From the NCBI GenBank assembly GCA_002269645.1, contig NIVC01001846.1:1-64000 (forward strand): a DNA stretch of 64,000 nucleotides, read 5' to 3'. This DNA is from Macrostomum lignano. Lineage: Eukaryota. This document shows positions 27,251 to 39,011 of the stretch, one piece after another. The position numbers and the translations under genes were made by a program. How positions within the stretch are numbered: position 1 is the first letter of the stretch; the number at the start of each line of letters is the position of its first letter. The notes beneath the pieces are model-generated. The model saw only the letters and a program-made list of their open reading frames with translations, had not been told where the DNA came from and searched no databases.

Positions 27251-28790
27251 CAAAATCCGTACATACACCTTTTTTACCAGCAGAATAACAGCTTTTATTT
27301 AGCTGACATCGCTCCCACTCACAAAAAATGATTATATGGCTATTCCTCGGAATTTTTGGATTCCTGAATACAGCTGAATACAGCTACAGCAATACATCCC
27401 GAAGGTGTCTGTATTTTTCTTTGGGAAGATTTATGAGCTTGGCTAGCTGCATCATCAAAGCTAGTTTTCTGTAAAAGGCAAACATTCTTTTGGATTGCAT
27501 AATTTACATGAAAAGACTCTATAAATACATTTACACAATTGCACATTGCAAGACTTTAATACTTTTACTAATCTATTTTGATAAAAATTTTAGGAAGTTT
27601 TGCTAAAATATCAGTATTTACTGATTCTTGAGTGTTTGTTTCACTAACAAATGAAATGAATATTACATCTTATATTGTTTGGGCAAATGATTATTATCTA
27701 ATTTGTTTAAACTGTCAAAATTCGAAATGAAAATTCTAATTTTCGCTTTCGCATAGGTTTGTGTAAAATTGTCCTTTTATCTTTCTTTTCAAAGTTAGGC
27801 TTTAGTTAGATAGGCCTTTTAGCAATTATTTGTTGCCGATTTTATTTCATATAGTAGTTGATATACCTTGTCGCTCAACAATTGGCTGACTATAGTTATT
27901 GTAATTGACATTTTATATGGCCCAGTAGGCCAGCCTACCCACTATGCCCTATACTGGCTATAGGCATAGGCCTGCCTTCTTGGCTTTAACTAGATCTAGA
28001 AGTTTTTTAGGGGGCTAATATTATAGTCATATGGGCTTAGTATAATACTGATACTGACTCAGAATATAAATATAGATAAAATTTTAAAACTGACTTTTGT
28101 GAGTTGTGACTTAAGAATTATTGTCTTGATCTGCATAATGGTTAGTAGGCCTATATTTATAGGAAAAATCATCTGGCCTCCCTTATCTAACCTTGACCTT
28201 GTTTACAGTTTTGCCTTTTAGCTTCTGTTTTTAATCTTCAGTTTCAGATTTAATGTCATTGTAAAAAGTGCAAGAAATGCTTCAGAGTAAAAATACTTTG
28301 TTTTTTTACTTTTAGTTTTAGACAGCTAGACTAGAATTATCCAGGCTATGTTATTAATTTTGATTGCACATTTTTTACTTTTATTATTGATAATAGATTA
28401 GTAATAATAATATTGTTTTATTAAGTCTTAGGATATATGTTGATTAGGCCCTATTGTAATTATAATCATTCTAATAAATTGTCTTTTGCTTATTAGAAAT
28501 ATAATATAAGCCTAGTTAGTTTTTAATTATAAGCCTAGAAGTATTTAAACATAAAATTTTATTTTTAGTTTATAGAATATTTTTATTTTTAGTAATTTGA
28601 TGATTTAGATTTTAAGATCAGAAAATTAAGCAATTTATAATAAAAAAATATTTAAGTATATTTATGAACTATGTAATGTTGTATTATTGGTCTATTAAGG
28701 ACAAGGCCTAAATTAAATTTTTATTTAAAAGCAAAGTAATATTTTTGTTTGGAATATATTTAGATTTCAATACTTTCTACATTTTATAAT

Positions 28791-29527
28791 GGCAGTGCTT
28801 ATCCCCACGGTACCGTAGGAATAATTTCTGTCTTATTCCAACGGTACCGTGCGAATAATTTTCTGCTTATCCACACGGCACACTGAGGAGATAGCTGCCC
28901 TATCTTCTACATATGCCGTGCGAATAATTTTCTGCTTATCCGCACGGCACACTGATGAGATAGCTGCCCTATCTTCTACATATGCCGTGCGAATAATTTT
29001 CTGCTTATCCGCACGGCACACTGACGAGATAGCTGCCCTATCTTCTACATATGCCGTGTGGGAAGTTTAGTACATACGATTTGAGTGCAGTATAACAACT
29101 TTGTTGAATTATTGTTGAATAAGTATACAGAAGGGTATCAGTAAAGCAGAATAACACGCATTTACGCATGCATATACTAGTCTAGAACTGATTCGAGTTT
29201 ATACATCAAGATCAACAGCTTCTTAGTATCCTCAGTTCAAATTCCCTTTCAATAAGCTATAAACTATTCACGCACAGCATATATATGTAGCAGATAAAAA
29301 CCGATAGGGCAGCTAGTAAAGCAGAGGGAATAAAACAGAGGACGTGTAGGGCAGCTATCTCGTCAGTGTGCCGTGCGGATAAGCAGAAAATTATTCCCAC
29401 GGCATATGTAGAAGATAGGGCAGCTATCTCGTCAGTGTGCCGTGCGGATAAGCAGAAAATTATTCGCACGGTACCGTTGGAATAAGACAGAAATTATTCC
29501 TACGGTACCGTGGGGATAAGCACTGCC
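28791..29527. mobile_element. Mutator-like MITE, 737 bp, nested in the CMC-like element
   Basis: Long TIRs (~185 bp) starting GGCAGTGCTTATCCCCACGGTACC; perfect 9-bp TSD TTTTATAAT (28782-28790, 29528-29536); 69-bp internal units (3 left, 2 right). Confidence 0.9.
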
Positions 29528-30269
29528 TTTTATAATATCTATATCTATACATCTATAGATACATCTATACATACATCTATAAAAATATTTTAAAGACTTA
29601 TTTATTACATTCAAAAAAAAGATTGCTATTAGTCTCAAAATAGTAATTATATTATAAAGTGCATTTACTTGGCATTTCTTTAGATTAAGAACTATTACCT
29701 GGGTAAAACTTACATGGTTTAATTTTTTTGTGAAATATCCAATTATTCATATTCACTTAAATTTCCATTTCAGCTACCATCTACAAATGTCATCATCTAT
29801 ATTAAAAAAACCTGCTGAAAACAATGAAGATTTGTTAGCTGTATAATTGTACATTTTTTACTAATTTTGTTCAAAAAAATTGGCACCTGACTAAGCAATT
29901 TATTTTTTATGCTGCTTTTTCTTTGTCTTGCATTTTTCTGCCTGTGATCATCTGAATAATTTGTTAAGTTGCAACTTTTATGTGCATCAATACTTTGAAT
30001 ACAATATAACAGTACACTTAACAATTATTTTGAAGCTCCTATTGCTTGTTGAATTTTTTCTTTAACAAGTGAAATTCTGTATGATGGAATTATTTTTTGT
30101 TCTTTGTAACTTTTGCAAGTCCATGGTATGAGTTATCAACATTTTGCCAAGTGCTCTATAGATAAATTAGATATTTAATACATTCACACTTGGAACCATA
30201 TACTTTCTAGTAAATAAGTCACCTAAATCAATTTGAAATGTGATAAGTATTTATAGCTCTTGTGAACAT

Positions 30270-30760
30270 TGCATACTTGGAAGGTACTTGAAAAGTGATT
30301 TAAGAAAACATTGCATACTTGGAAAGTACTTGAGAAGTGACTTGAGAAAACATAGCATACTTGGAAAGTACTTGAGAAGTGACTGGAGAAAACATAACAT
30401 ATTTGGAAAGTACTTGAGAAGTGACTGGAGAAAACATTGCATACTTGGAAAGTACTTAAGAAGTGACTGGAGAAAACATTACATACTTGGAAAGTACTTG
30501 AGAAGTGACTGGAGAAAACATTGCATACTTGGAAAGTACTTGAGAAGTGACTGGAGAAAACATTGCATACTAGGAAAGTACTTAAGAAGTGACTGGAGAA
30601 AACATTACATACTTGGAAAGTACTTGAGAAGTGACTGGAGAAAACATTGCATACTTGGAAAGTACTTGAGAAGTGACTGGAGAAAACATTGCATACTTGG
30701 AAAGTACTTGAGAAGTGACTGGAGAAAACATTGCATACTTGGAAAGTTTATTGAGTGTAC
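30270..30760. repeat. 42-bp subterminal tandem repeat (~11 copies; ACTTGGAAAGTACTTGAGAAGTGACTGGAGAAAACATTGCAT)
   Basis: Direct reading; 14-aa periodic ORF. Confidence 0.93.
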
Positions 30761-31853
30761 TTGGAAAACTTAGAAAGTACTTAGGCCACGAGGTTGCATT
30801 GTTGACTTACCAAGTACTTAGCAAGTTTGGTTTGTTTTATTTTCTCGGGTGGAACGCCCTCTCGACAGCCTGAGCTTGACGTTGCCGTGTTGCAGCACTG
30901 TTCAAAGCTCGGGTCTTCTCGGCTGACTCGCACTCCGGACTCTTCGTCACTGCAGAACTGCCGGCTGCACACGGCTGCATCGCTGACTCATTGTGAGACG
31001 CGACTTGCTCGACCGCCGCTTTGACAGCTTCTGAGTTGGTCGCAGCCGCCTCCTCTGGCTCCGAGTCGCAGCCCATTCCGTGTGACCGCACATGACGCAA
31101 GTACTGCGCCGCTGCCGATCGGGTGCGGCAGAACCGCCTGGGACAAAAGGGGCAGGCGACAGAGCCCCGGCGCATCTCTGAGAAACTGTGGGGCTGCGAT
31201 CTGTGCGGAGATGCCGATGCTCGAAGCCAGTCTCTGCCTGATCTGCAATGCGGAGCGGTAGGGACTTCGTCACTTTGTGATCCGAAATGGAAAGACATCT
31301 AAAGGAAATGAACATCCCAGATATCGAAAACATAAAGACAATTGCTGGGTTATATTGACAAATTTAAAGCAGAATTTTGTATTTTATGAAAGTGATAAAA
31401 ATCCCATGCATGCTTTACTTGAATTTAAGACAACCAATTGATGATGGATTTAACCGAGTGAAAATGTTGCTGCTAAACGGCATGATGTGCATGGCAAAAT
31501 TCACACTGATGAGCAATTTATCATGATTAAAACATTCTGATTAGAGAATGTTTGTAAAAAGTTAGATGAATTTAAATGAGTACTGAAAATGCGTGAGTAC
31601 TAATACAATAAGTAATGAAGTGAAAAACTGAAAATGCTGGAAACCAATCAGTTACTGAGATACTGAGACTAACAGGTCATTGGATGCTGTAACTAACTGG
31701 CTATTGAATCCGCTTTCATTGACATTTTTGGGACAGTTCTTAATACGTACAGCCAAAAAAGCTGCTGATCTACTGCTAGTGAATTGAAAATGCCTGGCGC
31801 ACAGTAAGGACCCAGACGTAGTGGCAATCACGGAGCGCAAAGTTTAATATTCA

Positions 31854-32589
31854 TTAAACAATGTGCTGCTTGGAGTGCCTTTTCAGATCGCTGCCTTAAC
31901 TGAATCTTTTGCATAACACCTTGCACTCGAATGGCTTTTTCCTGTGTGCACCCTGGAGTGCTTAGTGAGGTTGCTGCTGTCACTAAATATCTTGCCGCAC
32001 AGCTTGCACTCAAACGGCTTTTCTCCTGTGTGCAGTCTTGAGTGAGAAGAGAGGTTGCTGCGGCGACTGAATCTCTTTCTGCACACCTTGCACTCAAATG
32101 GCTTTTCTCCTGTGTGCACCCTGGAGTGCCTAATGTGGCTGCTGCTGACACTAAATCTCTTGCCGCACACCTTGCACTTGTGCGGTTTCGCCTTTATGTG
32201 CACTGCACTAATGTGAGCCTTTAGGTAGCTTTTTCTGGTGAACTTCTTCTGGCAAGTTTTGCACTGGAACGGTCTCTCGATGCCCTGAGCTCGACGGTGT
32301 CGTGTTGCAGCACTCTTTGAAGCTGGGGTCCTCTCGACTGACTCACACTCGTGACGCTTCATCACTGCAGAACTGCCGGCTGCACACGGCTGCATCGCTG
32401 ACTCATTGTGAGACGCGACTTGCTCGACCGCCGCTCTGACAGCTTCTGAGTTGGTCGCAGCCGCCTCCTCTGGCTCCGAGTCGCAGCCCATTCCGTGTGA
32501 CCGCACATGACGTAAGTACTGCGCCGCTGCCGCTAGGGTGCGGCAGAATCGCCTGGGACAAAGGGGGCGGGCGACAGATACCCGGGGCA
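31854..32589 (-). pseudogene. ZF9: 5'-truncated zinc-finger pseudogene (leader plus 4 fingers)
   Basis: Homology starts at ~32589; -1 frameshift at ~31938 and TAA at 31896-31898, both shared with ZF3. Confidence 0.85.
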
Positions 32590-34175
32590 TTATCTGCAGT
32601 TTGCATGGACAGAAGCAAGATAGTACAACAGTTGTAGTGTAGAGATTTAGAAAAGAAAAGAAGGGAAGGAAAGAGCTAGGGGGTGGCTTTTATTTACAAT
32701 AACAATTGTAGCAATAAATCTTTGGCATTGAAATCTACTCCAAGTTATGAGCATATTTTTAGTCCAACTGCAGGGCAATCTTATAGATATTAAATTGTTA
32801 AAAAGCATAAATTATACCTTTTTTCTCTCTATATTTTCACCATATTTTTCTCATAGTCTATCTGTATCTACATCCATAGCTAGTAAACTTTCTATAACTG
32901 TAGGATATACATATATTACACTGAGACCTAAACTATGATAGATGCCTTGAAGAGGCAACTGAATGCTATGCTTGCGACCATGCTGCATGTAGTATTCAGA
33001 GTATGTAGCAATCTAGGTAGCAAGACCAATGCCACACTATACAAGGGTACACTAGATATGGCCTTTTGATCTATTTTTTGGGTGACCTACCTTGCTCTAT
33101 AGACAAATAGACTACTTATGCATATATGTTAGGCTAATATACTATGCATATACACACTATTGTGGCATCAAAAGTCTCTGTTTCCTACGTCTTCAAATCT
33201 TTATAGGGATCTAAGAGCTCTTTAAAAGTGATAAAACATTCCATCTTAACTTTAGCCCTTATCACCTAACTACCAGTATGACCATCAAAAATATAAATAA
33301 TTAATCTAAATATACTAAATCTCTAATATAGTACTAAAAATAGCTTAGACAAAATCAAACAACAAATACCATTTAGATAGAATAAAATTAAGTAAAAAGT
33401 TAGAATTTATATAACAATAAATATGTTGAGTTATTCATATTGTTTTTAGAGTTAAAAACTTCAAATAGGGGCCTATTTTAACCTAATGAGACAAAAGTAG
33501 ACATTGCTTTTAGCAAAGGAAAAAATATATATAAAACACTCATGGCAATAAAGTAAATAATTGTCACTGCAATAGGATAGGATAAAAACTTGTATAGTCA
33601 ATGGTAAATTAAATGAAATAAATAAGATTTTAACAAGATGGCTAGAATCAATCAATGGATAATTTAAAAAGATCATAAAAATATTATAGAAAGTCATTGA
33701 CTACTTTTTCATAATGGTATTAATTAAACTATTCAATTTAATGAAAATAAACTAAATATTTAAGACTTTTCAAATAATTTATTAATTTATTCTTACTTCT
33801 TTATATAGGAGATAGTTGGCTACATGGTATATCAATTTGTCAGTTCAATTTATTGATTGATTTTTCAACTTTGTTGTCTATTCTTATAAACAATTTTAGC
33901 AACTAGTAAACTATAAAATGGCTTTATGGCTATCAAGCGCATAGCTAGGATTCTTGTTAGAGGAGGATAAAAACATAAATCTATCTCCAATAGAAACAAT
34001 AGAAGCCAAACACAAAGGTAGAAAAAAGTTTTCCCTTTAGCAGGTAGTGTTGGGCACTATTAATAAAAATCTTAACTCATGTTAATGGCAAAAATGTTAG
34101 CATTAAAACAAAAAAAATTTTTTTATTTTTATTTGTTTTGTTTGCTAAAAATTAACTGATAATTGTTATTAAGCA

Positions 34176-34368
34176 TAGTAGCACAACCAGAAATTTTTTG
34201 AGGGGGGGGGCAGATTCTGAAGGTAAAGTCCTAGGAAGGGGGGGGGGGCAGTGGAGGGGTGGCTCTGTTTTTGGCAAAAATTTGCTTGGTCCCCCATTTG
34301 ATTTTTTTTGGTCTTCCACCTAAGGGGGGGCAATCGTCCCCCAGCCCCCCCCCCTGGTTGCGCCACTG
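34176..34368. mobile_element. Older MITE with CAGTGGCGCAACCAG-type TIRs
   Basis: Right end CTGGTTGCGCCACTG, left end TAGTAGCACAACCAG (3 mismatches); GC-rich core in AT-rich DNA; TSD not clear. Confidence 0.55.
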
Positions 34369-34845
34369 ATTTTCATTAATCTATTAAAGCTAACATATAT
34401 TATATAAAATATAGAAATCTTACACTTTTTTCCAAAATAGATTTTAAAATGCACTGTTATATACATTGTATTGCTTTTTTAACTTTTTAACAAAACAATA
34501 AACACAGAGGTCATCTAAAAGTAATTTATAAGCTAAAAAGTAATTAATAATAATTAAAATCTTGTGTGCATAATACTACTAAAAATAAGCATAAAGTAAA
34601 GAATTAACTTATTTATTTGAAACTTTAAGCTAATTAGTTATTAATAAAAATGTTCCTATGTTGTATGAATATTAAGATTGTTTCAATAGCATTAGCAGGC
34701 ATAGCAGAAAGTTACAAAACATAGGGAAAGATGGAATAAAAGCAATTAATGCTCACATGCAAGCAATAAAGTTCACAATTTTAATTCATTATTAAAGTTA
34801 ATTAGTAAGAAGCTGCTACATTTGTATAATTATCCTCATAAACAA

Positions 34846-35114
34846 CAGTGGCATAGCCAGGGGGCCAGGGGGGCCGACCCCCCCCCCCCCAACCAATCGC
34901 CAGGGGGATGGGGTTGGGCGCGGGGAATACCAAAAACCATGACGGCATGAGGCAATTGAGTGCCTGACAGTGACTGCCTGCAGCGCCGAAATGAGAGCCT
35001 GCGGCGCCAAAATGAGTGCGCCAAAAGTGGCAATGGCATAAGGCATGGTATACCGTATGGCCAGCTAGGCCAACCCGCCCCCTCCCCAAATTGAAATTCC
35101 TGGCTACGCCACTG
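34846..35114. mobile_element. hAT-type MITE, 269 bp
   Basis: 16-bp TIRs CAGTGGC(A/G)TAGCCAGG; perfect 8-bp TSD ATAAACAA (34838-34845, 35115-35122). Confidence 0.88.
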
Positions 35115-36133
35115 ATAAACAAAGAGATTAATTAGGCATTTAGGTAAATTCGGACTTCTTGAACTTTAGTTAGGTACGTAAAATACTTCCGATTTTCCGA
35201 TTTTTCTAAAACTTTTGCCAGAGTTTTAGAGCCTTCCAAAGTGATAATAAAGCAAAGAAAACTGCAAAACATTACCGTCAGAGTTAACAGGAGCACAATT
35301 TGTTAATCCCCAATGTAATTATCATTTGATGCAAGTAGTTTCGGAGAATTGTATGTTTGAAAATTAAACTTTTTTAGAATCATGGCTCTCAAAGGTAAAT
35401 ATTGTCTGAAATTATGATAAATTCATTGTAAAAAACATTTAGGGCGTTAAATTTTTAACTCTAATAAAAGGAGTGTCTATTCTAATTTATCTTCACTCAG
35501 TTTGTTATAGTGCATCAGGATGCTACGGACCAAATTAGTGTTTTTAAAAAATGCTGACTCACGGTTCCCGCATAGAAAATGGAAGCCATATTCGCTAGTT
35601 TAAAATCACTTATTCTTCCATGTTAGCCAGCCAATCAGGTAAGTCGGAAGACGTTCCTAGTTAAAGTAGGAAGACAGAAGAATTGTTTAATTTAATAAGC
35701 GTCGCGAAAATTTAGGAGTTAATCGGGAATTTCATATTTAGAAGCCCTGACGCCGAATCTCAGCCGTATTTTGCTCGCCGTAGCAACGCTAGCTCTCACA
35801 CTATTAAATTTAACAAAAGTACATAACTCTTATCACGGATACAAGTCTGTTTAATGACAAAAACGTTGAATTTTTTCTTAATTTTTACACGGTCTCCAAT
35901 CTTGATTATTTCTTTATTTAATTTTAACCATAATGTAAGAAAAATGAACAGTGAGCAGTGGAGATGCGCGTGGGAAAGAGCAATGCGTGAATGTATTTAC
36001 GATATGTCTATAAGTAGAAACTGAAGAAAATAAGCAATATAAAAAAGCTGTTTTTTGGGAATCGCATTTATATCCAAATTTTATGTTATAAGATTTTTTG
36101 TAAATGAATGCAGTTAGCTGACACACTTAGCTT

Positions 36134-37302
36134 CTAGGGGGCGAGCAGCTCGTTGAGTATGTCGCCGCGGACAGCTAGCGTCTTCGCCATTTCAAGCTGG
36201 GCCTCAGTACTGGCGGAGGATTGACGATCAATAGCGTACACAGTAGAAACATTGAAAAATCGGCCTCCAATGAAATTTTCACCAATTCTGAGTCTTGCGT
36301 CCTTCTACTTAAGTAGTACTTGTATATAGGAGCCGGAGTCGCATGTAAGAGCATCACGATCTGAAATATGATAATAAACAGCAAATATAAATGTGCCGTT
36401 GAAGTTTAACTTTTATAAATGGCGAACCTTTAGTGCGCTTTTATTATTATAAAATTGCAAAACCTAAAACTTCAAATTATGATAATCATTTCTTTATATT
36501 TGCAAGCAAGTGACAGACATTGTTAATTAAGTTTGAAAAGCCTTCATACCTAATAGTTCGATTAGCAGCTCCTTAGTAACAAAGCTTGGTGGCTGCCGTA
36601 GCATCGATCGCAGCATTAGCCTGAATGGCGATGTCGAGTCGCTGTTTGTTTATTGTTACGGCCGGGAGCTCATCATCCAGATTACATGTACATGCCGCCT
36701 CATCGCCGTCCTGTCCAGTCGCGATGCCATTTTGCTCCTCCATCAACCTGTCCTGTGGTTCAGCCTCAGGCGTGTTTTCTTGTGTAGCCTGTCCAACCGT
36801 CCTACCACCGTGACTCTGGGCGCTGCACAATTCGATCAAATTATCGAGCTTTTTGTTCATCTGCTCCAGTCGCACGGTTGCCGATTGTCGGCGCCACTAA
36901 AAGGTTAGGGAAATTCATTAAAAAAACATAACACAAATACTGTACCGCTAATACCACATTTTCTCATCTATAGTTTTGCAAGCTAGCCGCCTACTGTAAC
37001 AAATAAGTGCCAGGCGCTGTCCAGCATATCATTCTCACCGTCTCTATTCCATGATTGGGAGGCAGTTCCTGATCACCGCAAAGGTAGGCAAAGCAGGGAC
37101 CATCAGAGTCCCGGGTTTTAAACTGCTCGAGGAGCGTCCAGCTACGGCTACATGTACTTTCCTCCCGTAGCATAGACGTAGAGGAGCCTCTTCTTTGCTC
37201 CCTGCAATAATGACGCACAAGTCCTGTTCATTGACGGCTTGCATCGCATTCTGAGCAAAGCGAACTACGAACCATTTGTTTAATTGATGCTCCATGTGCA
37301 AC
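36134..37302 (-). pseudogene. Decayed three-exon gene of unknown function (possibly BEN-domain-like TE accessory protein)
   Basis: Exons 37302-37039, 36896-36550 and 36360-36134 with GT/AG ends and compatible phases. Needs two frameshift corrections and has one internal stop. Domain identity is a weak pattern match only. Confidence 0.45.
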
Positions 37303-38037
37303 CTGAAATAACTGCAAGGACAGTGAAAATAAAATTAGTCATATTTTTCGATGGTACTGCACTATTTTTGTGAAGCACATTTTTTATTAGCCTTTGTGTT
37401 TCTTCTACCAACTTTGGCAGTTTTACAACTTTACAGTTAGTACTTTTTAAACTTTCTACTTGTTCCAGACATATATACCTATGTTATTCAAGAAAACTAT
37501 GATTGCTTTTGATGGCTTCTACATGCCCAACAGCTTATACATTGCTTTTTATCTGACATGATAAAGCTAGAAGTCAATAATCACAATAAAAATATTTTAT
37601 GAAAATAACAAGGACAAAATACTACTGATGATAAAAATCAAACGATGGGAGCTCAAAGTGCAAATGCAAGTGCATGCAAACAGGTTATTTTTGTGATTTA
37701 ATGATTTAAAGTTATTTATTGATTTATAATGATTCAATACTGAATTCTAAATGCCTCGAAAGGAACTTTCATTGATAAGCAGGATTTTGAGTGACTATAA
37801 AACGGTGAACCATTTTAGTTGTTTATTTCAAATATGTATGAAAAATATCTATTTAAAATGAAGCTACCTAAAAGCTGAAATAGTTCTTACATTTTAAAAC
37901 TTTTGGCTGCTAAAATTGAGGATAGAGGAACAAAAAGTAATGCTTTTTTTAGATTTCTAACTATTATTTTTTATTAGAACAATGCAATTAAAATTTGGCT
38001 AATATATATAGATTAGTATAATTATCAAACATAATTC

Positions 38038-39011
38038 GCTTTTGAGAAGCTAAAAGATGTTCTGTCGGACGCTCCTGTGCTAAGGTTGTTTGACGCCGAT
38101 ATGGAAGTTGAGCTTCAAGTTGACAGTTCATCGGTCGGAGTTGGTTGCGTTTTGCTCCAGAATGGACAGCCTGTGGCGTATGGATCGGCTGCGCTGACCA
38201 ACACGCAAAAGAACTATGCTCAGATTGAGAAGGAGACTCTGGCCGTCGTTATTGCTTGCAAGAAATTTCATGACTACATCTATGGCCTACCAGTAGTACG
38301 AGTGACTACAGACCACAAGCCCCTGGAGGTTATTTTTAAGCGTGACTTGCTGCATGTTCCGCCACGCATTGCTCGAATGCTTTACCAACTCAAAAGATAT
38401 AATCTGCGTGTATCCTGGGCACCGGGATCCAAGATGCTGATTGCCGATACGCTTTCAAGAGCTTACCTTCCGGAGGCCGAGGCTGCTCTAGACGACGAAA
38501 TTGAGGTGGAGGTGCATCAAATGAGCCTCCCGATTTCTGCCATTCGTTTGCAAGAAATCCGAGACGAGACCCGCAAAGATTCGGACTTAAGTTCTGTAGC
38601 CCGGTTTGTTCAGACGGGTTGGCCAAGCAACTTTCGGAACATTTGCCACTCTGTCCGTCCGTATTGGAGCTTCAAGGAGGACTTGACCTACAATGATGGC
38701 GTGCTGATGAAGTTGGACCGCGTTATTGTTCCAGCATCGTTGCGGCAAAAGATTCTGCAAATTTTACACGAAGGTCATGGTGGCGCGGGCAAGACGGAGG
38801 CCCGAGCTCGTCAAATTCTGTACTGGCCAGGCATGTCAGCGGACATTAAGAACTTCGTGAAGAACTGCAGCACTTGTCAAACTTTTCAGCCGGCCAACCC
38901 AAAGGAACCGCTGTTGAACCATCAGATTCCGAATGCACCATGGACCAAGGTTGGTTGTGATCTGCTGGACTTCAATGGTGACAAGTGGCTAATCGTTACC
39001 TGTTATTACAG
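38038..39011 (+). CDS. Gypsy pol, 5' part (RNase H, integrase zinc-binding domain, first catalytic D)
   Basis: Open frame ending KWLIVTCYYS at the insertion point. Confidence 0.9.

Larger units (their letters stand above)
26529..30849. mobile_element. Non-autonomous CMC/EnSpm (CACTA)-like DNA transposon, 4,321 bp, TG target-site duplication
   Basis: Starts CCCGGGAAAAAAAAACATGCTAAACTT; right end reverse complement CCCGAGAAAATAAAACAAACCAAACTT. TG duplicated at 26527-26528 and 30850-30851; empty site known from paralogs. ACTTTCCAAGT motif inverted between the two subterminal arrays; no transposase ORF. Confidence 0.9.
25611..31298 (-). pseudogene. ZF8: zinc-finger gene (leader plus 10 fingers) split by a 4.3-kb transposon
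   Basis: 5' half 30850-31298 (ATG to ...AVERAF), 3' half 25611-26528 (QCNTCQKK...HIV*). Removing 26529-30851 restores the paralog sequence GCACTGGAACGCCC in frame. Confidence 0.93.

Noticed and set aside
32590-38037. Calling the whole AT-rich block a single transposon
   Set aside because: No matching termini or TSD found by eye.
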